From the NCBI GenBank assembly GCA_013265495.1, contig MU057651.1, positions 1,065,674 through 1,129,673 on the forward strand: a DNA stretch of 64,000 nt, given 5' to 3'. Made by a program: the position numbers and the translations under genes. Below are positions 26,714 through 40,321 of this stretch, in pieces; within the stretch, counting starts at the first letter, position 1; every line of letters begins with the position of its first letter. The notes below the pieces were generated by a model that had not been told where the DNA came from, made no database searches, and saw nothing but the letters and a program-made list of their open reading frames with translations. This DNA comes from Vicugna vicugna (Eukaryota).

Positions 26714-28040
26714 ATAAACCCAGAACCCCGGCACACTACTGAAAATACGTACTGTTAATCTTTCTCTCTATGGCTTTTTACTAGGGTAACTATACACTGA
26801 GGAAAGGAAATAAACAGACTTTTCAGGGACTGTTGGATACTGGTTATGAACTGACACTAATTCCAGGAAACCCAAAACATTACTGTGATCCACCAGTCAG
26901 AGTAGAGGCTTATAGAAGTTAGGTGATCAATGGAATTTTAGCTCCAGCTTGTCTCACAGTGGGTCCACTGGGTCCCTGAACCCATACTGTGGTTATTTTC
27001 CTAGTTCCACAATGCATAATTGAAATAGACATACTCAGCCACTAGCAGAATCTCCACATTAGTTCCCTGATCAGTGGAGTGAGGGCTATTATGGTGGGAA
27101 AGCCCAAGTGGAACCCACTAGAACCGTCTGTAGACCATTTTAGAAAAATAGTAAATCAAAATCAATACTGCATTCCTGGAGGAATTGCAGATTAATGCCA
27201 CCATCAAGGACTTGAAAGATGAAGGGGTGGTGATTCCCACCACATCCCTCTTCAGCTCTCCTATTTGGTTTATGCAGAAGACAGATGTGTCTTTGAGAAT
27301 GACAGTGGATTATTGTAGGCTTAACCAGGTGGTGACTCCAGTTGCATCTGCTGTACCAGATATAGTTTGTTTGCTTTTTGAGTAAATCAACACAACCTCT
27401 GGTGCCTGATAAGCAGCTACTGACTGACAAATGCCTTTTTCTCCATCTCTGTCAATAAGAACCACCAGAAGCAGTCTGCTCTCTGCTGGCAAGGCCAGCA
27501 ATATACCTTCACTGTCCTACCTAAGGGATATATAAACCCTCCAGCCTTATTTCATAATTCAGTGTATAGGGTTCTTGATCAATTTTCACAAGATATCACA
27601 GTGGTCCACTACATTGATGACATCATGCTGATTACACCTTATAAGCAAAAAGTAGCAACTACACTAGCCTTATTGGTAAGACACTTGCATATCAGAGGGT
27701 GGGAGATCTATCTAACAAAAATTCAGGGGCCTTCTACCTCAGTGAGATTTCTAAAGGTCCAATGGTGGGGGCATATCAACAATCCCTTCTAAAGTGAAGG
27801 ATAAGTTGATGTATCTGGAACCCTCTACAAGCAAGAAAGAGTCACAATAACTTGTGGGAGTTTTTGGATTTTGGAGGCAACGTATTCCCCATTTGGATAT
27901 GTTATACCAGCTCATTACCAGGATGAGCTGTGCACCAGGATGCTGTGCACACTGAGTGTACTTGGGCCATATGATCCTGCAGATCCAGTGGTGCTTGAAG
28001 TGGCAGATAGGGAGGCTGTTTAGAGACTTTAGCAGGGCTC
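26714..28040 (+). pseudogene. Decayed ERV-L internal region: protease and reverse transcriptase
   Basis: FQGLLDTGYELTLIPGNPK (aspartyl protease; LLDTG at 26830-26844), SPIWFMQKTD..RMTVDYCRLNQVV, TVLPKGY, and VVHYIDDIML (YxDD at 27610-27621). Multiple stops and frameshifts. Confidence 0.92.
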
Positions 28041-28139
28041 TGTACACCATGGCCTTCTCTGGATCCCACCTCAGCCCTCCACAACTGCATCATCCCTCCT
28101 CCAAGCCTAATCATAGCAAATTTAAATCATTTCTAACAA

Positions 28140-28370
28140 ATACTGGGCACTTACTATGTGCCAAGCATTGAGACTGACATAGTACTTTAAGTTCATTTAA
28201 TCATCACAAGGGTAAGTTCTAATACTATATATATTTTCTGTATATGAGGAATTTAAACATCAGAGAGATTAATTGACTATAAGTCATACAGGTAATGAGT
28301 GGTAGGACCAGATTTGAACTCAGGCATGTCTAATGCATAGTGTGTGGTTGTAACTACTATGCTATATTGC
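28140..28370 (+). mobile_element. MIR SINE
   Basis: GCACTTACTATGTGCCAAGCA...ATGAGGAA...CAGATTTGAACTCAGGCA. Confidence 0.65.
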
Positions 28371-28424
28371 CTTACTTAGTGAATACTCAAGTTTAATTCA
28401 CTTGAGCAAGTGAATGCTCAAGAC

Positions 28425-28541
28425 TAGACTGACCAGTTTTACAGTGTCCCAGTTTACCCAGAACTACCTCAGTTTTAGTACTGAAAGTGCCACGTCCTGG
28501 GGAACCCCTCCAGCCCAAGCAAATCCAAACAATGGTCACCA
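28425..28541. mobile_element. MER81-like hAT MITE
   Basis: TGACCA...TCCCAGTTTACCCAGAACT..CAGTTTTAGTACTGAAAGTGCCACGTCCTGGGGAACCCCTC...TGGTCACC. Confidence 0.7.
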
Positions 28542-30043
28542 GTTCACCCAGCAAGAATTTGCTAGTCACACCTATATAGTTATTGCCTTCCAAGAAATAA
28601 GTGGTGACAATAAATTAAATTTTACTTGATCCATGGTGATACTTGAGATCATCCCCAATACCTTTCAGTAAAACCATCCACTGTGGCTCACCTAAAAGGT
28701 GGCATAATAATAAGATTCTGGCAGGATTCGTTATTATGCTTCACCAATACATTTGAGAAAAACTTTCTGCCACCATAAATGAAGACACAGGACCAAGCTT
28801 CTCCATCACTCTGTTATTCCTGAAGATCATAACAAAATAGACTGCTGTTATGTTCCCTTGAGACCCTACTAATTGGAATCCACTAACTAGATTTCATTTT
28901 GTCAAATGGCCTCTCCAATTGAGGGATCATAAAAAAGGAACTGGCAGTCCTCTAGTCTATTTGATCAGTGTAAGCAATCAACCCAGATAGACTGGTGCAT
29001 CCAAGTGGACTTTAAGAGGCCAAAGTTATTGGCTTTGCTTGTCTTCACATTAGACACTCACAAACTCAGCAGGCTAGCTGCAAATCATCCCTCAGTGTTG
29101 AGTAGGGCCAAGTCTAATGACCTTTCTCATAACTCTGTCAGACCCTCAGCCTCTAAAACCCCAAAAAGAGTATTTGAGTTTGGGGAATAGGAGCAAAAAT
29201 GGCACTTGAACAGTCTGAAAGGTACTCAGCCAAATTAGCATAAGACATATACTTGAAAAGGGTCTCATGTGAATTAGATGAGCTATATTTCTCTCCAGCT
29301 ATGCAATAAATTGCCCCCAGTAGCCAGACTGCATGTTCTTGTTTTCTAATGTATCTAACTTCCTACCAAGAAGGCACCAGAGAAAATTAAAGCCCAGCAT
29401 CTCTTAAGCCTTCTCAAGCTAAGAAGTCTTATATAAGGATGGGATATGAGTATTATCTTAAAATAAACACTAGCTGTTTCTGAAAATTCGCAAAGATACT
29501 TGCTATTTTGCCTGTAGTTCCTCCTGACTAAAAGCTTGAATTACAAGCACGATCATAAAGCTTTTCTTGATATCCAACTGTTAAGTATTTTATTTGGCTC
29601 TCTTGCTTTCTTCACTTTGGTTGCTCTGAGTTTCAGTGGCCTCAAAAATACAGCATAATTGAACTTACTCAGGTCTCTGTCTTTGGTTGCATTTGGCTGT
29701 CTGGAAAATCACGTCTTTTTCAAAACTAAGGTCTAAAACTCCTTTTCTATTCTACTATCATGAAACCAGAATGTGGTAGTATTTTTTAAAAGCCATGTAA
29801 ATAATTGAACTTATTTTAAATAGACAGCATACCTATCCAAAGAAGCAAAGGCAGGCTTATTTTTTTATTTTCATTTTAAAATTGATTCCACTTATCAGAA
29901 AGAATTTTTTACTACATTAGTGTTTAATTGTAAGCTGTTGCCCAAGTTATCACAGAAGGAAAATCTTCCCCATTTCCTTCCCACAACACTGACCCTTCAT
30001 ATCTGCTCCTGCCCTCTTCTCAACTCGATCCATTTATAGAAGT

Positions 30044-30396
30044 TGTCTTAGTCCATTCAAGCTGCTATAACAAAATATTAGAGACTGAGTAGCTTACAAA
30101 AAACAGAAGTTTATTTCTTACAATTCTGGAGGCTGAAAGTCTGAGACCAGGGTGCCAGCATGGTCGAGTGAGAACCCTCTTCTAGGTCACAGACTTCTCA
30201 TTATACCTTCATGTGGTGCAAGGGGCTATGGAGCTCTTGTGGGGTCACTTTCATAAGGGCACCAATCTCATTCATGAGGGCTCCATGCTCATGACCTCAG
30301 CATCTCCCAAAGGTGTCACTTCCTAATACTATCACATTGGGCATCAGGATTTCAACATATCAATTTTGAGAGGACACAAGCATTCAGATCATAACA
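30044..30396 (-). mobile_element. MaLR solo LTR (MLT1A-like)
   Basis: TGTCTTAGTCCATTCAAGCTGCTATAACAAAA...CATTCAGATCATAACA. 5-bp TSD GAAGT/GAAGC. Confidence 0.85.
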
Positions 30397-30409
30397 GAAG
30401 CTGCACGAA

Positions 30410-31030
30410 GTTTAGACATCATTCACAATTTATTGGGCACCTACTATGTGGCAAAGACTATTCGAGGTGCATGGGATACAGCAGTAAACAAGACACAAAT
30501 TCTTGCTGTCTTGGAACTTGTATTCTAGTGCCATTTGGATGCCATTTTATCATTTAAATGCTTTGGCTTTGTCCTTTTGTCTCCACTGCCACTACCACTG
30601 CCACAACCACAATTTAGTCCCAAATTCCCACCTGCCCAGGTGGTAGGAATTTTCTCTTAACTAGTTTCCTTGTCTCCAGGTTAACCTCACTGAAACTCAC
30701 CCTCCTTATTACCAACAAATTAATCTTTCTAAGGCATATCACTAAACATGCTGCTTCTCTGCTCCAAAACTTTCAGTAGTTTCCCAGTATTTTTAATTAA
30801 TCCTAAAACTCTTTAGCTTGGATTTTAAGACTATTCACAATGTGGCCCAAACTTACCTTTCCAGCCTTGTCCCATACCACTCACCCCCATCAGCTCTACA
30901 TTTCAGCCACTCTGTGCCCTCCCAGCTCTATTCCTTTGCCTACCTTACTCCCTTTGACTTGAATTCCTTTCTCTCCACAAACAATTCCACATGTCCAAGT
31001 CATACCTTCAGGGTCTAACTGGCACTAAAT
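30410..31030. mobile_element. L2 fragments
   Basis: ATTTATTGGGCACCTACTATGTGGCA; CTGCTCCAAAACTTTCAGTAGTTTCCCA; TTACCTTTCCAGCCT. Confidence 0.6.
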
Positions 31031-31819
31031 TGGATAATCACAGATTACCCATATACTCTTCCTCCATAGAGTGATCTTCCCATGCACTCTTGCTTTTGTT
31101 CAGCTTTCTTCTCAAGATCAGATCACAGTCCAGGGGCTGGGCCTCCACTGCATGTGGACAGACCTACTCCATGATGATCTAGCTGATTTTCAAGTACCAC
31201 GTGCCCTGGGTACCCTGCACTGTCCTTGTGAACAGACCTTGTCCTGGGTTCCACCTCCCTTTCCTTCCTTGTCTACCATATGGGGTCACCAAGAAACTTC
31301 ATATCTTGTAGCCAAGACCCAAAATGACAATAATGGCTTTGACCTCATGTGCCAACTCCACCACTTTTCTTCACCTATGTCTTGCTTGATTGGTCTGCTG
31401 CTAAAACTGTTAAGTGTAGCGGATTACATGCAGGCATTTGTCTACATAAAAAAGTAGTAACAGTGTACATACAAAGCTGACCTTCAGTGCCAAACTTTAA
31501 AACATCAGATAGGCTGCCTTCCCCTATCCAAATCTGGCCGTTGTCCCAGGCTGTCCAGAATCTAGGAAGCTCTCCAGAATCCACTGCATTCTGTAGTTAT
31601 TGGTGTCAGCATTTAAGTGGGCAACTCCATAAAAGTGATTCATGCTTGCTGCCCTGTGCATGGACTAACTCTCATACCAGTTCCCGGCCTCCATATTTGC
31701 AACTGAAGCTCTTGGTTTGGTGGCCCCCTAAAGCCACAACAGTTTTGACTTGTAAATGTAAAATACTCATAACAAAAAACCATATGAAAAGACTCATAAT
31801 ATAAAATGATAATAATAAT

Positions 31820-32010
31820 AAGAGGTAACTGTCATTGAGTATTTATTATATCCCAGGCATTGTGCCAACCCTTTGCCTGTGTTCTCTCAATTCTTACAAC
31901 AGCCCTATGAGGTAGAGATTGCACTATTTTTGTCCCCATATTACAGATGAGAAAACTGAAGCACATACAAATATAGTAATGTGGGAAAGATCACACAGCC
32001 AATAAAGAGC
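31820..32010 (+). mobile_element. MIR SINE
   Basis: CCCATATTACAGATGAGAAAACTGAAGCACA...GATCACACAGC. Confidence 0.7.
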
Positions 32011-32798
32011 AGGAAATTTGACGTCTGTGGCTTGTGTTCCTACAGTTATCATTCCTTGGGGTATTAACTCCAAATGTCTTTATCTGGCTTCCAAGGCCCT
32101 CGGCTAATGATGCTCTTTTTTTTTTCATTCTAATTTCTGATAACTGCTGAACAAGGACTTTCCCCTTTGACCAGCCTAATCATCCCCATCTGGAGGATAG
32201 TATTTGTTCAACTTGGGAGGTCTTTCTTTTATTCTCCACTATTCTTTGGCCTTCACTTTTTTTTAAAAGATACCTCCAAACTCACATTTCTAGGAAGACT
32301 TAACTATTCCAGCTCCATTATTTAGCCCAGAAAATCTACAAGGAAACAGAAGTAGCAAAACATCAGTAACCAGTACACAGTACTATTCAAAGAGTTGCCC
32401 TTCTAGAGGCCAAGGAGGATTTTAAAAAATTTGTTCATTCAACAAATGTTTTCTAGGAGCCTACTATGTATGAGACATAACTGTAGGCTTTGAGGATACT
32501 ATAATGAGCAATTCTTGCCTTAGGGGCTTACATCTCAGTTGGAGAGATGAACAAATAAGCAGTCAATGTTATAGTACATTAGATGGCAATATGTGCTAAG
32601 AAGAAGAATAAAGCAGTGAAAAGGAATAAGTAGTATTTGGGGTGGAGGAACACTGCAATTATTAATAGAGTGGGCATCTTCACTGAGAAGATGATGTTTG
32701 ACACAATTCTGATAAAGACCTGAATTGACTCACTCTGACATTCATCTCTAGATACTTGTTAATTGAGTAGCAAAGGGAGTCAAATAAAGGCTTTCAAA

Positions 32799-33628
32799 TC
32801 AAAACTACGTTGAGGTATCACCTCACACTGGCCAGAATAGCCATCATTCAAAAATCCACAAATGACAAATGCTGGAGAGGCTGTGTAGAAAAGGGATCCC
32901 TCCTACGCTGCTGATGGGAATGCAGTTTGGTGCAGCCACTGTGGAAAACAGTATGAGATTCCTCAAAAGACTAGGAATAGACTTACCATATGACCCAGGA
33001 ATCCTACTCCTGGGCATATATCCAGAAGGAGCCCTACTTCAAAAAGAGACCTGCACCCCAATGTTCATAGCAACACTATTTACAATAGCCAAGACATGGA
33101 AACAGCCTAAATGTCCATCAACAGATGACTGGATAAAGCAGATGTGGTATATTTATACAATGGAATACTATTCAGCCATAAAAACTGACAACATAACACC
33201 ATTTGCAGCAACATGGATGCTCCTGGAGAATGTCGTTCTAAGTGAAGTAAGCCAGAAAGAGAAAGAAAAATACCATATGAGATCACTCATATGTGGAATC
33301 TAAAAAAAAATGAACATAAATACAAAACAGAAACAGACTCATAGACATAGAATACAAACTTGTGGTTGCCAAGGGCGTGGGGGGGTGGGAAGGGACAGAC
33401 TGGGATTTCAAAATTTATAGATACTGACAGGCATATGTAGAATAGAGAAACAAGATTATACTGTATAGCACAGGGAAATATATACAAGATCTTGTGGTAG
33501 CTCACAGCGAAAAAAAATGTGACAATGAATATATGTATGTTCATGTTTAACTGAAAAATTGTGCTGTACACTGGAACTTGACACAGCATTGTAAAATAAC
33601 TATAATTCAATAAAAAGTGTAAAAAAAA
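32799..33628 (+). mobile_element. Young 5'-truncated L1 (ORF2 C-terminus + 3' UTR)
   Basis: Reads ...[28 protein letters not shown]...EKEKYHMRSLICGI*, then 3' UTR and A tail. TSD core GCTTTCAAA (32790-32798 / 33629-33637). Confidence 0.92.
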
Positions 33629-36379
33629 GCTTTCAAACCAGTTTGACTCCTTTAATGTGGATAAAACCTCATAATTGGAGAAAATATCTAAGATGTCTTT
33701 ATCACAGCTTCTATCATATTTTCTCCTTTTCAAAACTATTTGGGCTATCTATAGCACAGCCTCACTTTTAGAGGAAATAGAGGAACATAGACCTTGCAGT
33801 TAGACAAATTTGTGTTCCTATCTCAGTTCTGCCACTTGCTTGCTATGTGACTTTGAGGCAAAACATTTAACATCAGCATCTTCTGCAAAATGGGGATATA
33901 ATAGTAGTCATCTCAGAGGACCATTATGGGGATTCAACAGGACAAGGCATGTGATTCATTTCACGTGGTGCTCACTGAAGTTGGGTTGCTGAGGTAGTTG
34001 TTGCTGTTGGGCTTTTTCAGCAAGGTGTAAATAAATTGGTGGCTACAGTACCTTAAAACAGACATTTGCTCCTGGTTTCTCGGCCTCCACCAGGAAAATT
34101 AATTCAGACATGGTTCCTTGTTGAAAGCAGATTTTATAATGGTTATTTGTTATGTTCAATTGTATATGGCCACAGCAAACAACTGTAGAGCAACAAGTCA
34201 ACCACATTGCTGGCGGAGGGGGAAATAATAACACTACTGCAGCTGAAAAATGGTTACTTCAATGGCTATCTAGTAATAGGGACAGAGAGTCTCTTTAGAA
34301 AGAAGGCCTTCAGCAAAGTTGGAAGTGAGAGTTATTTTTGTGTATGATTCAATGCCAGAAATATTCTGAATTAATAAAGATGCATTGCTTGCTTAACTTG
34401 AGTATATATTTTTCTATTTTGATAGCAATTATTTGTGGGTGGAAAATACTTCAAAAATATGTGTTTAATCTAGGGGAAATGAATCTTAATTTCAAACATA
34501 TAAACAAACTTTCTTTGAATATCAGTGAAAACGAATTTGTTTTGGAGTTGACACCTAATATGCTATATTACAGCCTAATGTCTAGTTTTTCAACCAAATA
34601 ATAAACTCGTCAAGATAGAAGTACAGAACAGAAGCATTGACATACTCTTTACTCCACATTGAGCAAGTACATGATTCAAAATTAGTGCTATTTGAGTCCT
34701 GAGTTTCCATAAATCTTTTATATATTTGCAAAGCTGCTAAAACATTTTTCAAGAAGACTGAAAAATAAGGCGAGTCAGGGAGAAAAAAAAAGAGATCTAG
34801 GACTTAGATCCCAGTTCTGACCAACTTGGCTCCTCTTCACCAACGACGTGTTTGTGTGTGTGTGTGATTAGATCCTAATTACTGCATTCTACTAGCAAAC
34901 AAATAGAACAAAAGCCAACAAAAAGGCTTGTCCTTTGGCATTTCCTTCATGGGGCATAATCATTTCATTTTTCTTGTACCGTTCTGATCGTCTCTTCTGA
35001 GATACTTGTGATAATGTATCTTCCAGCAGAATCTCAATTTCTTTTGCCGTGCTTCAGACCCAGGCATCCAAAAAGGAATAGTTGGAGGGCAATGATACTT
35101 TAGAGGAAAAGAGTATACTCTTTGTGGTTTCGTGGCTTTTATTCTTTGTTTGGCTCTTGTCTACACCATGGTGTTTCTCTACCCACATTCTTTTCCCCAA
35201 TCTGACCACTCTTAGAATCTACATGGTCTTCTTCAAGAAGCTTTTCTCCCACATTCCTATCACCTTATCACAGTCCTCCCAGCCCTAGGATTGTCTTCTC
35301 TATATATCCAGCCACAAACATGATTCCCAACTCTGGATCTAGCTAGAGTCTCTCTGGAGAAACAGTCTTATTTCTCCAACCACCAGCTTTATATTACCCA
35401 TGTCAGAGATCCTCAGTCACCTCAAAATCAAGCTTATTCCAATTTTAACCTATTATCATTTCCCCCAAACTACTTCCTTTTTCTTCTGTCTTTCCAGTCA
35501 TTCAAGCTTGAAATTTTCAAATGTCATTTTTCTTTTTTTTTTAAATAAGTCATTTTTCAATCTTACCTTTACCTTCTTTTTCCATAGGCAACAAATATTC
35601 AAGTCTTCTGATCTTAGTTCCTTTTGTTCATCATTTAACTTCAAGAACCTGTCTTATCCCCTCCTCTGTATCTCATTAAAAAAAAAATTCATCTCTATGT
35701 CCCTATGACCTTGTTTGTCCTCGCACATTGATACTGTTGATACCTCTGGTGTGCACTCCTTATATTCACTTTCTATTTTTCACCCAAACACTGTAGTCCA
35801 GGCTTTCATAACCTTAAGACAATGTGGTCGCTTTGCAGAGGCTGTGGTGTCCTAAGTTGGAGACATTTCCTGCTCACTATCTCAGAGATTGAGCTGGAAT
35901 GACTGTTCAGATAACATAGTTATGCTTAGTTTTGACTCCTATAACCAAGTACTAAGTAACTGCAGGGAAATGCTATAGCAAATGTATTATTTACCTAAGA
36001 GAATAATGAATATGATTTAACCATGATAAAACATAAAATAGGTAACAGACTTTATAACTATAATGAAATAAAACAGAGAGTACCAAAACAAAAGACAGAG
36101 GAAAACAAAAAGTAAGAAATGTAATCAGTTTTATAACTGAACTTGAAACATTGATTTAATCTCATTCTCATATATCATTTACAGCTATTTTTTTCAAGAT
36201 AGTTAAATTTTACTTATATTTTTTCATTGATTTTGACTTTCTACCCCATTCTTATTTTGTTGTAAGCTGTAGGTCTGGATTTCAGAAAAGCATTCACCAC
36301 TTAATGGAATGAGTCAAAAACAGGCTTAATCCAAACACTCACTTTTGTAGCTCTTCCTGTTAAAACAGGTCTTCCTTTG

Positions 36380-36449
36380 TACACCAGAAATTGACACAAC
36401 ATTGTAAACTGACTATACTTCAATAAAAAATATATATACAAAATAGCAA
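36380..36449 (+). mobile_element. Very short L1 3' tail
   Basis: TACACCAGAAATTGACACAACATTGTAAACTGACTATACTTCAATAAAAAA. TSD GTCTTCCTTTG (36369-36379 / 36450-36460). Confidence 0.85.
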
Positions 36450-36547
36450 GTCTTCCTTTGAATTATTGTCTAGAGGAGGTCTATACAGTTAGTCTTAAGG
36501 TGAAACATGAAAGCCCTCTTTCTTTGTCTCAGAAGTAAATCTCTTTA

Positions 36548-36628
36548 CCATGAATGACTGAAAAATTGTACTGAACACTGGAATTTGACACAACATTGTC
36601 AAATGATTATAAATCAATAAAAAATTTA
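36548..36628 (+). mobile_element. Very short L1 3' tail (different subfamily)
   Basis: CACTGGAATTTGACACAACATTGTCAAATGATTATAAATCAATAAAAA. Perfect 17-bp TSD AGAAGTAAATCTCTTTA (36531-36547 / 36629-36645). Confidence 0.9.
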
Positions 36629-36859
36629 AGAAGTAAATCTCTTTAAACTGTATGTTTTTCTCTGCATATGTAAGTAAGATGTGAGGGTAGGAAGGGAGTG
36701 GAGTATGGCCCCCTGTTTCAACATAGTTGCCCCAAACTCCTCAAAGTGAAATTAAATAATTAATTTTACATTAAGTTGGTTTTCTAAAAACCCAGATCCG
36801 AACTGGATTATCCAATAAGTAGTCAAAACATATGCATAAACACAAGTGAGGATTTTGAG

Positions 36860-37240
36860 GAAGCGGTCAGGTAGCTCAAATAATGACAATTACAATTCTC
36901 TAAAAATAGGGCTTTATTGGGGACTTTAAAACCTATTTTGCCTCCTCCAGTGGCTGTCAGGTTGCTGATTCTCACAAATACCACAGTTGTGAAGCCATTG
37001 GTTTTAAAGGCTACCACTGAGCTGGGAAGACGGGGATGGGAACAGAGCAAGTTAAAATACCATAAAACTCATGGTTCTTACTGAGAGTCAGTCATTTTTC
37101 TGGAATAAAAAGTTCTTGGATTGTTGAAAGACTTTGGTTAATTTCTAGAGTTCTGAAGAAGTTGATTTTGAACATTTTTCTTGTGTTCTTGTTACTTTTA
37201 AGGAGGAGCAGCTTTATGTAAGGTCATAATCTTCCAATCC
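36860..37240 (-). mobile_element. Ancient L1M 5'-region fragment
   Basis: CTTTGGTTAATTTCTAGAGTTCTGAAGAAGTTGATTTTGA resembles old L1M 5' ends. Confidence 0.45.
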
Positions 37241-37852
37241 AAAAGTGCTTTCCTACAGCTGTTTCAATTCTAAACTATTTCTTATTCCAAATAAGGTCCA
37301 TGTATCACCAAAGCCATTATATATATATGTAAATATATATATGTATATATATATATAGTTTTCACTTAATTCTATCAATAGCCTAGTGGATTGGGGTAAA
37401 AAAGAGAGGTACTTGAAAAGTCAGCTGCCTTCCTACCTGGGAATAATTTGAACATCCTATGCAGGTCAATAACTATCCAAATCTTGAAAACCAGTACTGG
37501 TTCTTGTGGTTCAGGGATTAAAGATTATGATTGGCTTAAGGAAAACAGACTACAGACTAAAGAGAATCATGAGGAGCTTCTAGGAAAGAACATTTAATAT
37601 ACTAAAATTCCTCTCCATACTTTTCATGTTTATTTTTCCCAGTTGCTATGTTTGACATGATTTTGTAGAACATAGTTTCAAGCAATGTAAACATGAAGCT
37701 ACTTTTCTCACTGAAGTATAATTGTTTCCAATGCCTGCTTAATTTAATGTGAAGGTTTTTTTTTCTCCTGGCTTGAGTAGAATGCTTATTTTAATTCACT
37801 TTGGGGACACACTTTTGGGTAGTACTTGAGCTTTCAGAGGAATTTGGCAAAA

Positions 37853-37856
<4 letters not shown>

Positions 37857-37894
<38 letters not shown>
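37857..37894. repeat. (CT)n microsatellite
   Basis: About 19 CT units. Other STRs: (CA)n 6689-6710, (TA)n 37318-37357, (TTTA)n 38313-38336, (CA)n 38764-38780. Confidence 0.95.
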
Positions 37895-37897
<3 letters not shown>

Positions 37898-38312
37898 CCT
37901 TCTTCTAAGACACAGTTAGGCAACTGGTCAGAGGAAAGACCCTCTTTAACAATGTCAATCTGTAGTAAAGAAAAGGGCCTTGAAGACCTTCATGCCCCAT
38001 CTGTGTTCCCATAAGTTAGTGCCTTGAGGAAGAATGAATTCAGCCAATTAGGAGGAAGATGGTATGAATGGGGTGAGAAGTATTCTTTGAGTTCTTACAA
38101 ACTATTTCCCTTCATACTGATTTTCAACTCTCAGCAATGCAAGACCTCTTTAAGTTATTCAAAATCTATCAATTACTTTTCCACAAAATCAAAAATATCT
38201 CAAGAGTTAGAAGAGACTTTAGAGATCATACATTCTTGTCTAGTTTATTATCTAATACTTGAAATTCCTCTATAATAGACCTGCCTACTGGTTTGTGTGT
38301 GTGAGAGTGTGA

Positions 38313-38631
38313 TTTTATTTATTTATTTATTTATTTAAAATGTTTTTATTGATTTATAATCATTTGACAATGTTGTGTCAAATTCCAGTGTAGAGCACAA
38401 TTTTTCAGTTATACATGAACATACATATATTCATTGTCACATTTTTTTTTCGCTTTTAGCCACCACAAGATCCGTATATATTTCCCTGTGCTATACCATA
38501 TAATCTTGTTTATCTATTCTACATTTTGAAATCCCAGTCTGTCCCTTCCTAACCCCCGCCCCCTTGGCAACCACAAGTTTGTATTCTATGTCTATGAGTC
38601 TGTTTCTGTTTTGTATTTATGCTTTGTTTTT
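38313..38631 (-). mobile_element. Young L1 3' UTR inserted into an L3/CR1-like remnant
   Basis: Closely similar to 9260-9550. The flanks read CCTCTGTTTG..TCTAGTGATGGGGAAGCTCACTA, which is L3-like. Confidence 0.85.
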
Positions 38632-38940
38632 AAACCTCTGTTTGCTCACGTCTAGTGATGGGGAAGCTCACTATCTCCTGAGACAAATTTTTCTCCCTTT
38701 GAATGGTACTGAACATTAATAAATTATTTTTATATTGAGTTGAATCCAATTTCCATGAAACCTACACACACACACACACATATGCACAGTGGTTCTGATT
38801 CACTCTTTAGAGAAATAAAGAAGGTATCTGAGACCTCTTCCCCTAGACAGCAATTATGGGAGTTTTATCTCTTCAAGCAAAACATTACTCATTTTCTTGC
38901 CGCATCTCTCAGACCCAGCTTGTTTCACTGTGTTATAAGT

Positions 38941-39133
38941 CCAAGTGTGTTGGTAAATGTTTAACCAGCTCTCTGAGGGAGGGAATTTGGGGTGGGAGAC
39001 TGATTTGTAGCATTTGCCAATTTCTATGGTGCAAATGCTCCCATCATGGCCTACCATTGTGATGATATTTGATGCATAGATAATCATAATCACCACTAGT
39101 GAACTGGTGGAGGTCACCTCCAACACACCACTG
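38941..39133. mobile_element. MER63-like hAT MITE
   Basis: GTGTGTTGGTAAATGTTTAAC..CTGATTTGTAGCATTTGCCAATTTC...CTCCAACACACCACTG, with terminal inverted repeats. Confidence 0.7.
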
Positions 39134-40130
39134 ATCTTGGCCCCTCCTTTCCTGCTCAGGCCTTTGAGGTCAACTCTACAGAAAACACTTGATCTGCCTT
39201 GGACCAAATCTTAATCTGGGGAATGTGGGTTCATGGCAGTCATATATACATGTCCCACCTTCATGGACAAAAGTAGGCTTTCTGCATTCTCCATACTTTG
39301 CTCCCCATAAATGTGTAGAAATCCATCAGCCCCTTGCCAGATCAGACAACAGTCAACTGGAAAGTTACAATGTCTTTATCATTAGATTGGCAGTGAAATG
39401 GGGTGTTCTCTAGTGACCAGAAAGATTCAATTTGACTCTCTGGACTCATACTACCTATATGTCATGGCTAATCTGCCATAGGCAATTCTGCCTGAATCTA
39501 TAGGAGGAATTAGGTTCAGGGTATATATATCTCATTACTGCTAAAGACATAGCTAATTTCATATACATCCTATTCTTTAACCCTCATGCTTCAGAAAGCA
39601 ACTCTCAGCTTTACATTATCTAGGCTGAGAACTCCAAACTCCAGCTTGCTGGTGCCAGTAACACACACATGGCTCCCACTGCTCTCTGGGAAGTAACAGG
39701 TCTATTTGATCAAGTATGCAATCAACTTTATTCTCTTATGCAAAAGTCTTGATAGATCATCTTTTAAGACTCTCTTGGCAAACATGTTTCCATCTTCCAA
39801 TGACTTTCAGGTGCCTTACTGAAAAGAAAAATAAGTGGCATTTTATAAATAAATACACATCCAGGCATTTAGAGGATAATGAATCTGTCAAAACAGAGGC
39901 TAGAGGCAAGCTTCTGCCCATTGTTTACTTTTCATTCCAGCTCCTTGGGAGGTTGTGTTAAGCTCTTCTTGCTGGACTTCATGGCCCAGGGATTCTTGAG
40001 ACTGAATCTCTTTTGACTTTACCTTGTCCTGCTGAAAGCCAAACTGGTGGAAATAGGTAAGAAGAAATTGTTCTCAGCCAAGTAAGATTTTCAGAGTTAA
40101 AACATCATGATATACAAAATTTACTTAGAT

Positions 40131-40301
40131 CAGTGGTTCTCAATCTTGTTCTACATTGGAATTATCTGCAGAGCTTTAAAAAATATTGATGCACGAATCT
40201 CATCCTCAGAGTTTCAGATTGGTCTGGGGTGTGACCTGAGTATTAGGATTTTAAAAGCTCTACAAGTGATTGTATTATGCAATCAAGGTTGAGAACTACT
40301 G
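40131..40301. mobile_element. MER5-family hAT-Charlie MITE
   Basis: Terminal inverted repeats CAGTGGTTCTCAA / TTGAGAACTACTG. 8-bp TSD ACTTAGAT / ACTTAGAC. Confidence 0.9.
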
Positions 40302-40321
40302 ACTTAGACAATTCCTTAGTG

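Noticed and set aside
26714..28040. Second domesticated retroviral gene, or a pol partner for RTL9
   Set aside because: It is ERV-L rather than gypsy, lies on the opposite strand, and is riddled with stops, frameshifts and deletions.
32869..33303. 144-aa ORF (and similar ORFs at 9641, 47523, 48782)
   Set aside because: These are C-terminal scraps of L1 ORF2 in 5'-truncated copies.
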